From: an uncultured Turicimonas sp.
GTDB lineage: Bacteria > Pseudomonadota > Gammaproteobacteria > Burkholderiales > Burkholderiaceae_F
Length of the DNA stretch: 64,000 nt
Direction of reading: 5' to 3'
Assembly: GCA_947854175.1 (NCBI GenBank)
Contig: CANTYJ010000071.1
Coordinates: 2,010 to 66,009 of the forward strand
Positions 1 to 9,348 of this stretch are shown piece after piece. The notes under the pieces were generated by a model that was not told the origin of the DNA, searched no databases, and saw only the letters and a program-made list of their open reading frames with translations. How positions within the stretch are numbered: position 1 is the first letter of the stretch; each line of letters begins with the position of its first letter. Both the position numbers and the translations under genes were made by a program.

Positions 1-787
1 AGTGAGTGGATGCTCCGATGGCACAAGCCATATCGAGACCTTCTCCTAGACTCGACGGAGAAGAAAAAGTAGGAGCTCCGGCAAATGAAGGAATGTCTTT
101 ATCAATTCGGTTGACATCACCTGCAAATCCTCCTGTACATAAAATAACCCCGTTCTTAGCTAAAATATTGACCGTCTTATGGTTACGTGTGACTTTTGCT
201 CCAAGTACAGAATTAGAACCGTCAGTTAGAATTTTTTGCGCTTTAGTTTGAAACCATGTCTCAACCCCGAGACGTACGACTTCGGAAAAAAGCACTTCCA
301 CATAACGGGATCCCGTACCTCTGTCACAACCATGCATTCGTTTCAGTCTAAAAGCGAAATTTTCTGCTGGTGTGAGCTCTACACCCTTTTCAGATAACCA
401 ATCTAAGGTAGAAGAAGCATTTTTCACGTAATTAGCCACAAGATGCTTGTCGTTTTTGAAATTCCCTTCTCTAAAGATTTCCATTTCAAACTCTCTAAGC
501 CCTTCTGTATCTATAACTCCATGTTGAATCTGTGAGATCGTTCCTGAAGCGTTAACACTTCCAGCAGAGTAGGCTGTAGAACTAAAAAAAGGAGAAGGAA
601 ATTTTTCAATAAGAATAACTCGCTTGAGCCCCGCTTCCTTTGCAGAGATAGCAGCAAAAAGTCCGGCAGCCCCGGCACCGATAATAAGCAAATCACAAAG
701 TTCTGTGGTACCAGGGTTATCTTGAGCGTGCAAGGAGGGCCCCAATAAAAGCAATGAGCTGCAAATAAATTGTCTTCTTTTTAACAT
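1..787 (-). CDS. FAD-binding flavoprotein reductase (fumarate/urocanate reductase-like, FAD_binding_2 type), N-terminal part; 3' end lies beyond the window edge
   Basis: Own translation from ATG at 787: MLKRRQFICSSLLLLGPSLHAQ...DLLIIGAGAAGLFAAISAKEAG...FRLKRMHGCD...TGGFAGDV. RR-x-F signal-like N-terminus and GxGxxG fold. Clear paralog of the 3276-4790 protein. Missing from the ORF track because it has no stop codon in the window. Confidence 0.75.
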   Translation of the reverse strand, partial: MLKRRQFICSSLLLLGPSLHAQDNPGTTELCDLLIIGAGAAGLFAAISAKEAGLKRVILIEKFPSPFFSSTAYSAGSVNASGTISQIQHGVIDTEGLREFEMEIFREGNFKNDKHLVANYVKNASSTLDWLSEKGVELTPAENFAFRLKRMHGCDRGTGSRYVEVLFSEVVRLGVETWFQTKAQKILTDGSNSVLGAKVTRNHKTVNILAKNGVILCTGGFAGDVNRIDKDIPSFAGAPTFSSPSSLGEGLDMACAIGASTH

Positions 788-797
788 AAGGTGATAG

Positions 798-1418
798 CTA
801 GTATTCTAATTCTGCAGACTCAATCAAAGCAGATAACTCGGCAACTGAGTGCACGTCAAGAAAAGAGTAAATATAAAGGCAATGTGACTCTACAGTTTTT
901 AAATTAATCCCTAGTCTTTCCGCTACTTCTCGCTTCAAAAGCCCTTGGGCAATCAAATTTGCGACCGCAAGACGCCGTGGAGATAATTGTGAGAGAAGTT
1001 TCCGTGCTTGTTCCGATGAAAGGCCAGAGTTCCTTTTTCTGCCGTCTTGCTCCAAAATCGAGGCTAACAGAGCACATAATTTTTTAGCGTCAACTGGTTT
1101 TTCTAAAAAATCCAAACTCCCGTTTTTCATGGCTTCAACAGTAGAAGGAATGTCCCCGTGAGCCGACAGGAAAATTATTGGAACTGTATATCCTCTTTGT
1201 TTTAATTTCGACAAAAGTGTTAGGCCATCCATTTCAGGCATTTGCAAGTCAAAAATACAGCACCCATTTACCCACGGTTCGTCCTCAATTAGAAACCGTT
1301 GTCCGCTTTCAAATTCTTGGACTTCATACCCTGCTGACTCTAGAAGAAACTTAAGAGCACTTCTCTGGTCTGCATCGTCATCTACCAGTCTGATTACAAT
1401 CTTTTCTTTCTTTTTCAT
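798..1418 (-). CDS. Two-component response regulator, REC + LuxR/FixJ-type HTH
   Basis: 206 aa. Receiver motifs (LVDDD, FDLQMPEMDG, FLSAHGD, LEKP). C-terminal HTH: LSPRRLAVANLIAQGLLKREVAERLGINLKTVESH. Overlaps the kinase gene by 41 nt. Confidence 0.85.
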   Translation of the reverse strand: MKKKEKIVIRLVDDDADQRSALKFLLESAGYEVQEFESGQRFLIEDEPWVNGCCIFDLQMPEMDGLTLLSKLKQRGYTVPIIFLSAHGDIPSTVEAMKNGSLDFLEKPVDAKKLCALLASILEQDGRKRNSGLSSEQARKLLSQLSPRRLAVANLIAQGLLKREVAERLGINLKTVESHCLYIYSFLDVHSVAELSALIESAELEY

Positions 1419-3210
1419 TAGGACTCACTATTGGGAATTGAATCGTGACAGACAAACCGCCTTTTTTTAAAGCCTTGTAATTGAGGTATCCGTTCGAATG
1501 GTACACGATCTCAGAAATTATTTTAGAACCTATCCCTGTACCTTCATCCTTATTCGTTTCTAGCCCATGTTTTAGTTTTTCAATTGTCTTTTCTGAGACA
1601 AGACCCCCGTTATCCTCGACAACCAGATCGACAAAGCCAGGTTTATCAGAAGTCCGTATCCAAATATTGATTTGCGCATTTGCCGTCTTCGCCAACGCCT
1701 CGGAAGAATTCCTTAATAAATTGAGCACAAGAAGTTCAAGTTCGAATGGGTCGATATTTATAAAGACTTTTGAGCTGGCATTCAAGTGAATGAGTTCGGC
1801 TCCGTTGCTACTGCTCAAGATGTAACTGTCAATTGAATTTCGAACTGCCTGATTTAATTCAAGAATTAAAGGACTTCTTCCGTACTTTGAAAAGTTTCTC
1901 ACCTTTCTAATAATTTCATCCGCTTTTTGAGTCTTTTTATCGATTTCGAAGACAATATTAGCTATCTTCTCTTGGGGTACTTCTTTCGACTCTAGCTGCA
2001 TGAGCAAACCTCGGGCAAAACAACTGATGGAATTCAGGGGCTGGCGCAATTCATGCGTGATAATGCTTGAAATCTGGGTTACAACGCCCATTCTCTCGTA
2101 AATGGCGTTGTCTTTTTTAAGCACTTCATATTCTTTGCGATATTTACTTTGTCTACTCAGGCTCTGGGAAAGTTGTTTAGTTCTGACTTTGATAAGCTTG
2201 TTGGCGAAAAGCACATAAAGGGCGACTCCTATAAGAACCGCCCCAGCTAGGACAAAAAGTGGAAAGTATTGTTCGATAACCTTCCGTACTGTCCATTCCC
2301 TGAGATAGGCATACTGTTCGACTCTTAGGTCCTTTAGTAGAGCATCTACGTTTTTAAATTGTGTAGAGACTGACCACCAAGATGCATCAATGTTTCTAGG
2401 TTGTAAAAGCAATTGCTGAGCGATATCAGTAGCCTGTTTTATTTTGATAGAGGACGTTATTAAAACAGACCAATTTGGATACAGAGTCGTCGATACGGAA
2501 CATGGAAGTTCAGAGGATCTTAACTGATTAATGACTTTGATTTGTTTATAAACCGAGGGATGCTCTACGGCATACTTTTCTAAAAAACAAGCAGGAAGAA
2601 GACCTGCGGTTATGACCCCATTTTCTACTCGATTGATAATTTCCAAGTTAGTGGCAGAAGTTGCCTGAGTAAATTTAAGAAATTTTTCACTATTGAGGTG
2701 CTGACTTTCTACTTCTCCCAAGATGTAATACAACACATCCATCTTTCTGGTGTGATGATATTCAAACATGGGTTTTTGAAGTTCGAGAAGTTTTTTAAAA
2801 GAGTCTGCCGGATCTTTCCTTCTTACTATTACCACAGCTCCTTCAGCCCGATTAGGATTAGGATTCCAACCACTTTGAAGTGTTACCAAGTCTTTGACTC
2901 CGTATGGAAGGAGAGAGCGATAGAGAACGCTGTTACAAAAAATGAGCTCTACCTGATGCTCTCTTACTTTGTTTTTAATTTGCTCTGGAGTTCCTTCAAA
3001 GACATCTATTTTTGTTGAGCTTGGAAGAGCTTTTTTTACCCCTTCCAACAAATTCTCCACGATTTCTTTATGAAACAAATGTTCTTCAGATTGCATAATT
3101 GCAATTCTAAAAATTGAGGCCGCCTCACTACCCATACAAGCGAGATTTCCAAAAAGCAGCCAAAGAAATATTATTTTTCTCACATAAATGTACATAACTA
3201 GAAAAGACAT
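1378..3210 (-). CDS. Sensor histidine kinase with large extracytoplasmic (periplasmic binding-protein-like) N-terminal domain
   Basis: 610 aa. N-terminal hydrophobic segment, then about 300 aa, then a second TM segment (FPLFVLAGAVLIGVALYVLFA). H-box ITHELRQPLNSI; N/G boxes LLRNSSEAL, DNGGL, GTGIGS. The start could also be ATG at 3195. Confidence 0.8.
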   Translation of the reverse strand: MSFLVMYIYVRKIIFLWLLFGNLACMGSEAASIFRIAIMQSEEHLFHKEIVENLLEGVKKALPSSTKIDVFEGTPEQIKNKVREHQVELIFCNSVLYRSLLPYGVKDLVTLQSGWNPNPNRAEGAVVIVRRKDPADSFKKLLELQKPMFEYHHTRKMDVLYYILGEVESQHLNSEKFLKFTQATSATNLEIINRVENGVITAGLLPACFLEKYAVEHPSVYKQIKVINQLRSSELPCSVSTTLYPNWSVLITSSIKIKQATDIAQQLLLQPRNIDASWWSVSTQFKNVDALLKDLRVEQYAYLREWTVRKVIEQYFPLFVLAGAVLIGVALYVLFANKLIKVRTKQLSQSLSRQSKYRKEYEVLKKDNAIYERMGVVTQISSIITHELRQPLNSISCFARGLLMQLESKEVPQEKIANIVFEIDKKTQKADEIIRKVRNFSKYGRSPLILELNQAVRNSIDSYILSSSNGAELIHLNASSKVFINIDPFELELLVLNLLRNSSEALAKTANAQINIWIRTSDKPGFVDLVVEDNGGLVSEKTIEKLKHGLETNKDEGTGIGSKIISEIVYHSNGYLNYKALKKGGLSVTIQFPIVSPNEKERKDCNQTGR

Positions 3211-3275
3211 AGTGCCAAATATTGTCGCACTATGTCTTATTTAGTTTACCTTAGTAAATAACTTCTTTCTTTAGG

Positions 3276-4790
3276 TTATTTACTCTTAGCGGCATTCTTT
3301 CCCGCAACCAAGCCTAGAGTCAAGCTTGAACCAACCGAATTACCTCCAATGTAAGAGCCACCATGGATGCCTCCAATAGCTTCGCCTGCGGCAAACAAGT
3401 GCTTAATCGGTTTATCATAGACATCCAAGACATTAAGATTTTTGTCTACCTTCAATCCTCCTAAGGAGATTCCTGCAATTGGTTGACCGATAAATCCGTA
3501 ATAAGGTCCCTTTTCAAAAGTGCCTTTCATATATTTACGGTCAAAGTCCTCGTCCTTGCCATTTTTAACGAACTCGTTATAGCGCTTGACAGTGGCTTCA
3601 ACCTCAGCGACTGGTAACCCCATTTTCTTTGCTAACTCGGCGATGGTGTCTGCCTTCACTACAAAAACTTTTTGTTCTTCCAATTCTTTCTTGAAAGTGT
3701 TTTGATCCCATCCAATTACCTGGATTGGATCGTTTTTCATAAAGTCTAAAAGTTGAGCTTCAGTGGCAATCTGGAAGACTTTATTGAAGCCTTTGTGGGA
3801 CATTGCCTGGGAAATAGAAGTGGCGCCTAAATCATCATTGACGAATCTCTTGCCATCAGGACCGACTGTGATTGGACCATAAAGGTTCATCACGTGACCT
3901 CTGAAAATCCAGCCTTTTCTATTATTCTTGTCTTTGGACATAGGAACGCCATAGGCATAAACTGCCGCATAATTCATATGGGTGCTTGCTGCTCCTATCT
4001 TGGTTGCCATTTTCAGCCCATCTCCCTGACTGTTCGCAGAAGAAAAAGTAAGAGCTCCGCGGAAGTCCATGATGTATTTATCGATCATATTAACGTCGCC
4101 GCAGAATCCACCTGTTGCAATAATGACGCCATTTGTAGCTCGAATATAAGTTTCCTTGCCTTTGGAGACGGCTTTGACTCCGAGAACTTCGTCAGCCTCT
4201 TTGTTCGTAATAAGCTCCACTACTTTTGTATTAAGCTTAACGTCTACGCCAATTTCTTTTGCATTTTTAAAGAGAGTGTCAATGTATTGAGCACCCGTAT
4301 GTTTATCGCATCCATGCATTCTCTTGAGTCGGAAGGCTGCATTTGGTTGAGGAGTGAAAACTACACCGTGGTCAGTTAGCCAATCTAATGCCTTGGAAGA
4401 ATTTTCTGCAAAGATCTTGACCAGTCTCGGGTCTGCGATACCTTTTCCGGTTTTTTCAACTTCTTTAGCAAATTCGGCTGTGTTGCCACGGTCTTCAACT
4501 CCGTTTTGGAATTGAGCTTTAGTCCCCGTAGCATTCACACTACCTGCTGAAAGGGATGTTGAGTTCAAGAAAGGTGAAGCAGCCTTTTCTAAAAGCACTA
4601 CTGATTTTGCGCCGTTTTCCTTAGCGGATACCGCTGCAAATAAGCCTGCAGCTCCTGCCCCCACTATTAAAACGTCGCAGGTTTGATCCCACTTGGCAGG
4701 TTGTGTGACGTTTGCCAGTGTCGAAGTGGCTACCGTAGTTGTAACCCCTAAAACAAAAGATTTGAAAAATGTTCTTCTGGAAATGCTCAT
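3276..4790 (-). CDS. Tat-exported FAD-binding flavoprotein reductase (fumarate reductase / urocanate reductase family)
   Basis: 504 aa. Twin-arginine signal MSISRRTFFKSFVLGVTTTVATSTLA. Motifs DVLIVGAGAAGLFAAVSAKENG, FRLKRMHGCD, ATGGFCGDV and a C-terminal FAAGEAIGGIHG motif. AAGGAGA RBS upstream. Confidence 0.85.
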   Translation of the reverse strand: MSISRRTFFKSFVLGVTTTVATSTLANVTQPAKWDQTCDVLIVGAGAAGLFAAVSAKENGAKSVVLLEKAASPFLNSTSLSAGSVNATGTKAQFQNGVEDRGNTAEFAKEVEKTGKGIADPRLVKIFAENSSKALDWLTDHGVVFTPQPNAAFRLKRMHGCDKHTGAQYIDTLFKNAKEIGVDVKLNTKVVELITNKEADEVLGVKAVSKGKETYIRATNGVIIATGGFCGDVNMIDKYIMDFRGALTFSSANSQGDGLKMATKIGAASTHMNYAAVYAYGVPMSKDKNNRKGWIFRGHVMNLYGPITVGPDGKRFVNDDLGATSISQAMSHKGFNKVFQIATEAQLLDFMKNDPIQVIGWDQNTFKKELEEQKVFVVKADTIAELAKKMGLPVAEVEATVKRYNEFVKNGKDEDFDRKYMKGTFEKGPYYGFIGQPIAGISLGGLKVDKNLNVLDVYDKPIKHLFAAGEAIGGIHGGSYIGGNSVGSSLTLGLVAGKNAAKSK

Positions 4791-4958
4791 TTTGTTCTCC
4801 TTGACAAAGAGTTTTGATGGGGGTATGGTAGTGCGCGGTTCGCCTTAAGGTGTTTGATCCAGATCAAACATGATGCAAATTTTCGGGCTCTTCAGATAAA
4901 TTCAATAGACTTTTTTGTTTGCCGACGAAGTAATCTTCGAACGGAATCGAAGAAATGA

Positions 4959-5186
4959 TATGGCGGAATTCAACTCCTCTTTGCGAACTCTTCTTTACTT
5001 CGACTTCCTTTCTGGCCCGTACTGAAGATAGCTTTTCTTTTGGCATATCCAATGCAATTCAATAGTGAAGCATCATACATTGACGATGAAATTAATACTT
5101 TGTTGATGTTTGATGTGCTAAATTTACATAACCCACTCCAATCGGAACTTCTCAATGAAATCAGACGGGATGGAGTAGAACTTTAA
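4959..5186 (+). pseudogene. Decayed minimal nucleotidyltransferase (MNT, HI0073-like) remnant
   Basis: Only the C-terminal frame is readable: ...SEASYIDDEINTLLMFDVLNLHNPLQSELLNEIRRDGVEL*. The expected FGS...D.D NTase motif is scattered over several frames with stops (FSFGISNAIQ* in another frame). No start codon. Sits immediately 5' of the HEPN remnant. Confidence 0.4.
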
Positions 5187-5590
5187 GAGAAAGTTTGAAA
5201 ATTTCAAAAAAGCTCTTAACAACTTGAAAGAGGCAAAAGACCTTTCTCCACCTTATGGAGTGATAGAGCTTGCCGGTGCTATATCACTTTTTTTGATTTG
5301 CTTTGAACAATCATGGAAAGTTTTAAAAGAGGTTTTAAGTGACCATGGCTTCATAGAAGCCCAAACAAGCTCTCCAAAGCAAATTCTTAAGCTGGCTTAC
5401 AAGATCGGATTAATTAAAATGGACAAGTATGCTTGCCTCAAGAAATGAGGCCTCCCACTCTTTCAATGAGGAAGTGGCCTTAAATCTTATCGTCCAAATT
5501 CAAAAAAACTTCATCGGTCTTTTTGAAGAATTGAAAAGAGACTTAGAGGAAAAGTGGCTTGATGATTGCAACTCTAAAGGGACAATGTAA
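5179..5590 (+). pseudogene. Frameshifted, start-less HEPN nucleotidyltransferase-substrate-binding protein (HI0074 family)
   Basis: Frame 1 reads NFKRKFENFKKALNNLKEA...ISLFLICFEQSWKVLKEVL...AYKIGLIK and stops at 5448. The next frame from about 5414 continues WTSMLASRNEASHSFNEEVALNLIVQIQKNFIGLFEELKRDL, containing the RNxxxH HEPN motif. The shift lies near the A-run 5416-5419. No ATG/GTG lies upstream of TTG 5224. Confidence 0.6.
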
Positions 5591-5747
5591 TTCTTCTGAC
5601 CTCCTTCTCTTCATAAACAAAGAGGAAAAGGTCAAAGGTCCTAAATGTGGAATGGACAAGCGTGATCCCATCGACTTGATTCACATCTTTGTATTCCGAT
5701 TTTTCAAATAGTTATTAAGCAATTCCTCTCGGTTTTTAAGCCTAAAG

Positions 5748-6251
5748 TTACACTTTAACTTGTTTAAGTTTTTGTTGGTAGATCTCAGCATCGGGCTCAG
5801 AAAAAGTACATATCACCACTTCTCCGTCAAAAGGATGTTGGGATATTGTTTTTATTGCAATTTCTGCAGCCTCGTCTTTTGGAAATCTAAAAGCACCGGT
5901 CGCAATACTCGGGAATGCAATAGTTTTAAGATTTAGCTTCTCGGCCTCATCCAAAGCGGTTTTATAGCAGGAAGCCAAAGTTTCTCGTTCATTCTTATTT
6001 CCGCCTTTCCAAACAGGTCCGACAGTGTGAATAACATACTTAGCCGGTAATAAATAGCCTTTTGTTCCCTTGCTTTGGCCCGGTTCACATCCGTTCAAAG
6101 TCAGACATTCTTCTAAAAGTTGTTTTCCTGCCGCTTTGTGAATCGCACCGTCAACACCGGCCCCTCCCATAAGCATACGGTTAGCAGCATTAACGATGGC
6201 ATCCACCGGTAGCTTGGTGATATCTCCGGTAATAATCTTGAACTTGCTCAT
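5748..6251 (-). CDS. Macro domain protein (O-acetyl-ADP-ribose deacetylase, YmdB-like)
   Basis: 167 aa. Motifs [51 protein letters not shown]. Confidence 0.85.
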   Translation of the reverse strand: MSKFKIITGDITKLPVDAIVNAANRMLMGGAGVDGAIHKAAGKQLLEECLTLNGCEPGQSKGTKGYLLPAKYVIHTVGPVWKGGNKNERETLASCYKTALDEAEKLNLKTIAFPSIATGAFRFPKDEAAEIAIKTISQHPFDGEVVICTFSEPDAEIYQQKLKQVKV

Positions 6252-6325
6252 TCCAATACTTTTCCAATTTCGGCAAAAAAATAACTTGTTCTGATCCAGT
6301 TTATTCCAACCAAAAATTTGAATGC

Positions 6326-6964
6326 CTAACCTTTCAGCCTCATCTTTAGGAAGTCTTCACTTTCCGGACTATAACGATAGAGATCTCCGGCAGCTAAATC
6401 ATAATAAAGAGCATGTAACTTAAGAGTTCCTTCTTCAACCTTGGTAGAAATCCAGGGATAGGACAAAAGATTATCAAGAGAGACAAGAACGGCTCCTTCT
6501 TCGCAGTGTCTTTCTCTGACATCATGCGGTTCATCTCCGGTCAGCTCTTGAAGTCTATCCAAAGCCGGCGCTGCAATATTGACCCAGTCCTGGATATAGG
6601 TCTCATTTTGAATGCTTTCCGGTTCCATCAATCCGTGAATTCCTCCGCAGTTAGAGTGTCCCAGAATAACAATATGCTCGATGTTTAAGTGTTTTACTCC
6701 ATACTCAATAGCTGCCATCACAGCACTTGGCGTTCCGGCCATCGAAGAAGGAGGAACCAAAGCTGCTACGTTCCGGATGACAAACAAGTCTCCTGGCTTA
6801 CAGTGAAGAAGAAGTGCCGGATCAACCCTAGAATCGCAACAGGCCACAACCATCGTTTTAGGATTTTGAGCTCTCTCCAAGGACTCAAAATATTCACGTT
6901 CCTTTAAAAAATATTTCTGTTTAAAGTTCTGGAATCCTTTGATAAGTTGATGAAAATTGTCCAC
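6326..6964 (-). CDS. can: Beta-class carbonic anhydrase
   Basis: 212 aa. Motifs [10 protein letters not shown] and GHSNCGG (zinc ligands). Confidence 0.88.
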   Translation of the reverse strand: MDNFHQLIKGFQNFKQKYFLKEREYFESLERAQNPKTMVVACCDSRVDPALLLHCKPGDLFVIRNVAALVPPSSMAGTPSAVMAAIEYGVKHLNIEHIVILGHSNCGGIHGLMEPESIQNETYIQDWVNIAAPALDRLQELTGDEPHDVRERHCEEGAVLVSLDNLLSYPWISTKVEEGTLKLHALYYDLAAGDLYRYSPESEDFLKMRLKG

Positions 6965-7126
6965 TTCAAGTCCTTTCGTGCAGCGTTTTTATAACAATAC
7001 GTTCTCTCTAAATTCAAGCAAGGAACGCAAAAATACATTGCCTTTGAACAGAACAAAGGAAAACAGTTTTAAATCGGGTACTGATTGAATGAAGCCGACT
7101 TGTAAAGCTGTTCCCTTCAACAAGTT

Positions 7127-7807
7127 TTATTGATGTTTTAGACCGTACTTCTCTTTGTATTTTTCAATAGCCTTTCCGTACTGTTTCATCTCCGGAGTAT
7201 CCAAAGATTTCAAATAAAGCATTAAATCTTTCAGGTTCGCTATTGAGACGACCGGCATATCGTATTCTTTTTCTACTTCCTGCACAGCAGACATCGGCTT
7301 AACCTCTTCTGCATTGCCGGCGCATTCCATCCTGTCAAGAGCAATTAACACTCCCGAGGGCGTGGCATTATTCGCTTGAATAAGATTAACTGACTCTCTG
7401 ACAGATGTTCCGGCAGAAATAACGTCATCGATGATAATTACATTTCCTTCTAGAGGGGCTCCGACGATAGTGCCGCCTTCTCCATGATCTTTTGCTTCCT
7501 TGCGGTTAAATGCAAACGGAATGTCACGACCGAGCTCGGCCATTCGGATTGCCACGGCACATCCGAGAGGAATTCCTTTGTATGCCGGTCCAAAAATCAT
7601 GTCGCATTTAACTCTTCCCGTATCAATGGCTGCTATCAGAGATTTTGCATAAAAGTCCGAAAGAGTATGTAACATCATGCCGGTATTAAATAGTCCCGCA
7701 TTGAAAAAATAAGGTGAGAGTCTTCCTGCTTTGGTTTTAAACTCTCCGAACCTTAGAACTTTTGAATCGATACAGAATTTAATAAAGTTTTGTTGTAGAG
7801 TGGACAT
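7127..7807 (-). CDS. pyrE: Orotate phosphoribosyltransferase
   Basis: 226 aa. Motifs VLRFGEFKTKAGRLSPYFFNAG and the PRPP loop IIIDDVISAGTS. Confidence 0.9.
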   Translation of the reverse strand: MSTLQQNFIKFCIDSKVLRFGEFKTKAGRLSPYFFNAGLFNTGMMLHTLSDFYAKSLIAAIDTGRVKCDMIFGPAYKGIPLGCAVAIRMAELGRDIPFAFNRKEAKDHGEGGTIVGAPLEGNVIIIDDVISAGTSVRESVNLIQANNATPSGVLIALDRMECAGNAEEVKPMSAVQEVEKEYDMPVVSIANLKDLMLYLKSLDTPEMKQYGKAIEKYKEKYGLKHQ

Positions 7808-7868
7808 TTCGGTTGGTTAAGTAATTAGCGACTAATTTTTTAATTTTATTTCTTTTTTAGGCTTTAAA

Positions 7869-8657
7869 TTGCTTCGGGTTATCACAATAAATACAAATGG
7901 CATTCGAAGTGCCAAACAAAAAGGTTTTTTTCAATGGTTATCAGCGCAACAGCCGGATTTTGTCTGCATTCAGGAATTGAAGGCTCAGGAAGCAGATTTA
8001 ACCGATGAAATCATGAATTTATCCGGATACCATTTTTATGCTCATTACGCTGTCAAGAAAGGATATTCGGGATGCGCAGTTTACAGCCGGGAAAAAGCTG
8101 ATCAAGTTAAAACCGGATTCGGAGTCCAGGAGTTTGACAATGAAGGAAGATACGTTGAACTAGCCTTCGGCAACCTCATTCTAATTTCCGTCTATTTCCC
8201 TTCCGGAAGCTCTTCGGAAGAAAGACAACAGGCCAAGTTCCGATTTCTAGATGCTTTCCTTCCGCATTTGAGAGCACTCAAAGAACAGGGAAAAGAAGTC
8301 CTGGTCTGCGGAGATGTCAATATCGCCCATAAAGAAATCGATATTAAAAACTGGAAGGGAAACCTTAAAAATTCAGGATTCCTTCCTGAAGAAAGACAGT
8401 GGATGACCAATTTATTCGAGAAGGAAGGATGGCTCGATGTCTTTAGACTCCTCGATAAAAGACCTGAGCAATACACATGGTGGAGTCAAAGAGGCCAGGC
8501 TCGGGCAAAAAACGTCGGATGGCGGATTGATTATCAGATTGGCACTGAAAAACTAGCTCAGTCAGCTTACTGCACTTCCATTTATAAGGAAGAAAAATTT
8601 TCCGATCATGCTCCGTTAATCATTGATTATAAATTTGAGATTAAACATGCAAGCTGA
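7869..8657 (+). CDS. xth: Exodeoxyribonuclease III (AP endonuclease)
   Basis: 262 aa. Motifs ITINTNGIRS, CIQELK, GDVNIAH, WRIDY, SDHAP. The start is TTG at 7869; there is no in-frame ATG upstream. Confidence 0.88.
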   Translation: MLRVITINTNGIRSAKQKGFFQWLSAQQPDFVCIQELKAQEADLTDEIMNLSGYHFYAHYAVKKGYSGCAVYSREKADQVKTGFGVQEFDNEGRYVELAFGNLILISVYFPSGSSSEERQQAKFRFLDAFLPHLRALKEQGKEVLVCGDVNIAHKEIDIKNWKGNLKNSGFLPEERQWMTNLFEKEGWLDVFRLLDKRPEQYTWWSQRGQARAKNVGWRIDYQIGTEKLAQSAYCTSIYKEEKFSDHAPLIIDYKFEIKHAS

Positions 8658-9339
8658 ACAAATTTTGTTTTCTCAGGGATTCGGTTCACGCCATGAGTGC
8701 CTTGGGTTAATTGTTAACGGACGATTTAGTATCGATGGGACGGTTATTAAAGACCCGTTCGAAGACATTCCAACAGAGAACCTCACCTTTGAAGTTGACG
8801 GCCGATCCTGGCGGTACTTCGAAAAAGCCATCATTCTGTTAAATAAACCCGAACACTACGAATGTTCCATTAAACCGCTTCATCACCCAAGCGTTCTTTC
8901 TCTTTTACCTCCTCCTCTAAGAGTCAGAAATGTTCAACCTATCGGACGACTCGACGAAGATACAACCGGTTTACTACTTCTGACAGATGATGGAAAGCTC
9001 AATCACCGCTTAACTCATCCGAAAAGAAAAGTACCGAAAGTCTACCGGGTCTCCGCTAAACATCCTGTCACTGATAAACAAATCCGACAACTACTTGATG
9101 GAGTAAAACTGGCCGACTCTGATGAGATTGTCAAGGCAGCTGACTGTAAACTTGTTGATGAAAAAATCCTGGATCTCACGATTTTCCAAGGTAAATATCA
9201 TCAAGTAAAGCGTATGCTCGCAGCGGTTTCAAACAGAGTTGAAGCACTGCAGAGAATTCAGTTTGGTAAATTGGTTCTTCCCGAGACCCTAAAACTTGGA
9301 GAGTGGACGTGGGTAAACTCTCCTGCAGACATTTATTAA
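8647..9339 (+). CDS. rsuA: rRNA pseudouridine synthase, RsuA family (S4 domain + catalytic GRLDxDTTG)
   Basis: Motifs GRLDEDTTGLLLLTDDG and KVYRV. I chose ATG 8647 (230 aa) over the track start 8623; it overlaps the xth stop. Confidence 0.75.
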   Translation: MQAEQILFSQGFGSRHECLGLIVNGRFSIDGTVIKDPFEDIPTENLTFEVDGRSWRYFEKAIILLNKPEHYECSIKPLHHPSVLSLLPPPLRVRNVQPIGRLDEDTTGLLLLTDDGKLNHRLTHPKRKVPKVYRVSAKHPVTDKQIRQLLDGVKLADSDEIVKAADCKLVDEKILDLTIFQGKYHQVKRMLAAVSNRVEALQRIQFGKLVLPETLKLGEWTWVNSPADIY

Positions 9340-9348
9340 AAATTAAAT

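Noticed and set aside
3894-4379. 161-aa plus-strand ORF inside the flavoprotein reductase gene
   Set aside because: It is fully antisense to a strongly supported gene, has a low-complexity, Cys/Ser/Arg-rich translation and no RBS. It is a shadow ORF. The same reasoning applies to 6..251, 511..696, 1481..1789 and 2698..3018.
5748-6251. Macro-domain protein as a DarG-type antitoxin next to the decayed TA remnants
   Set aside because: It is only 167 aa (a stand-alone YmdB-like macro domain), there is no DarT/DUF4433 gene adjacent, and it is on the opposite strand to the MNT/HEPN remnants.
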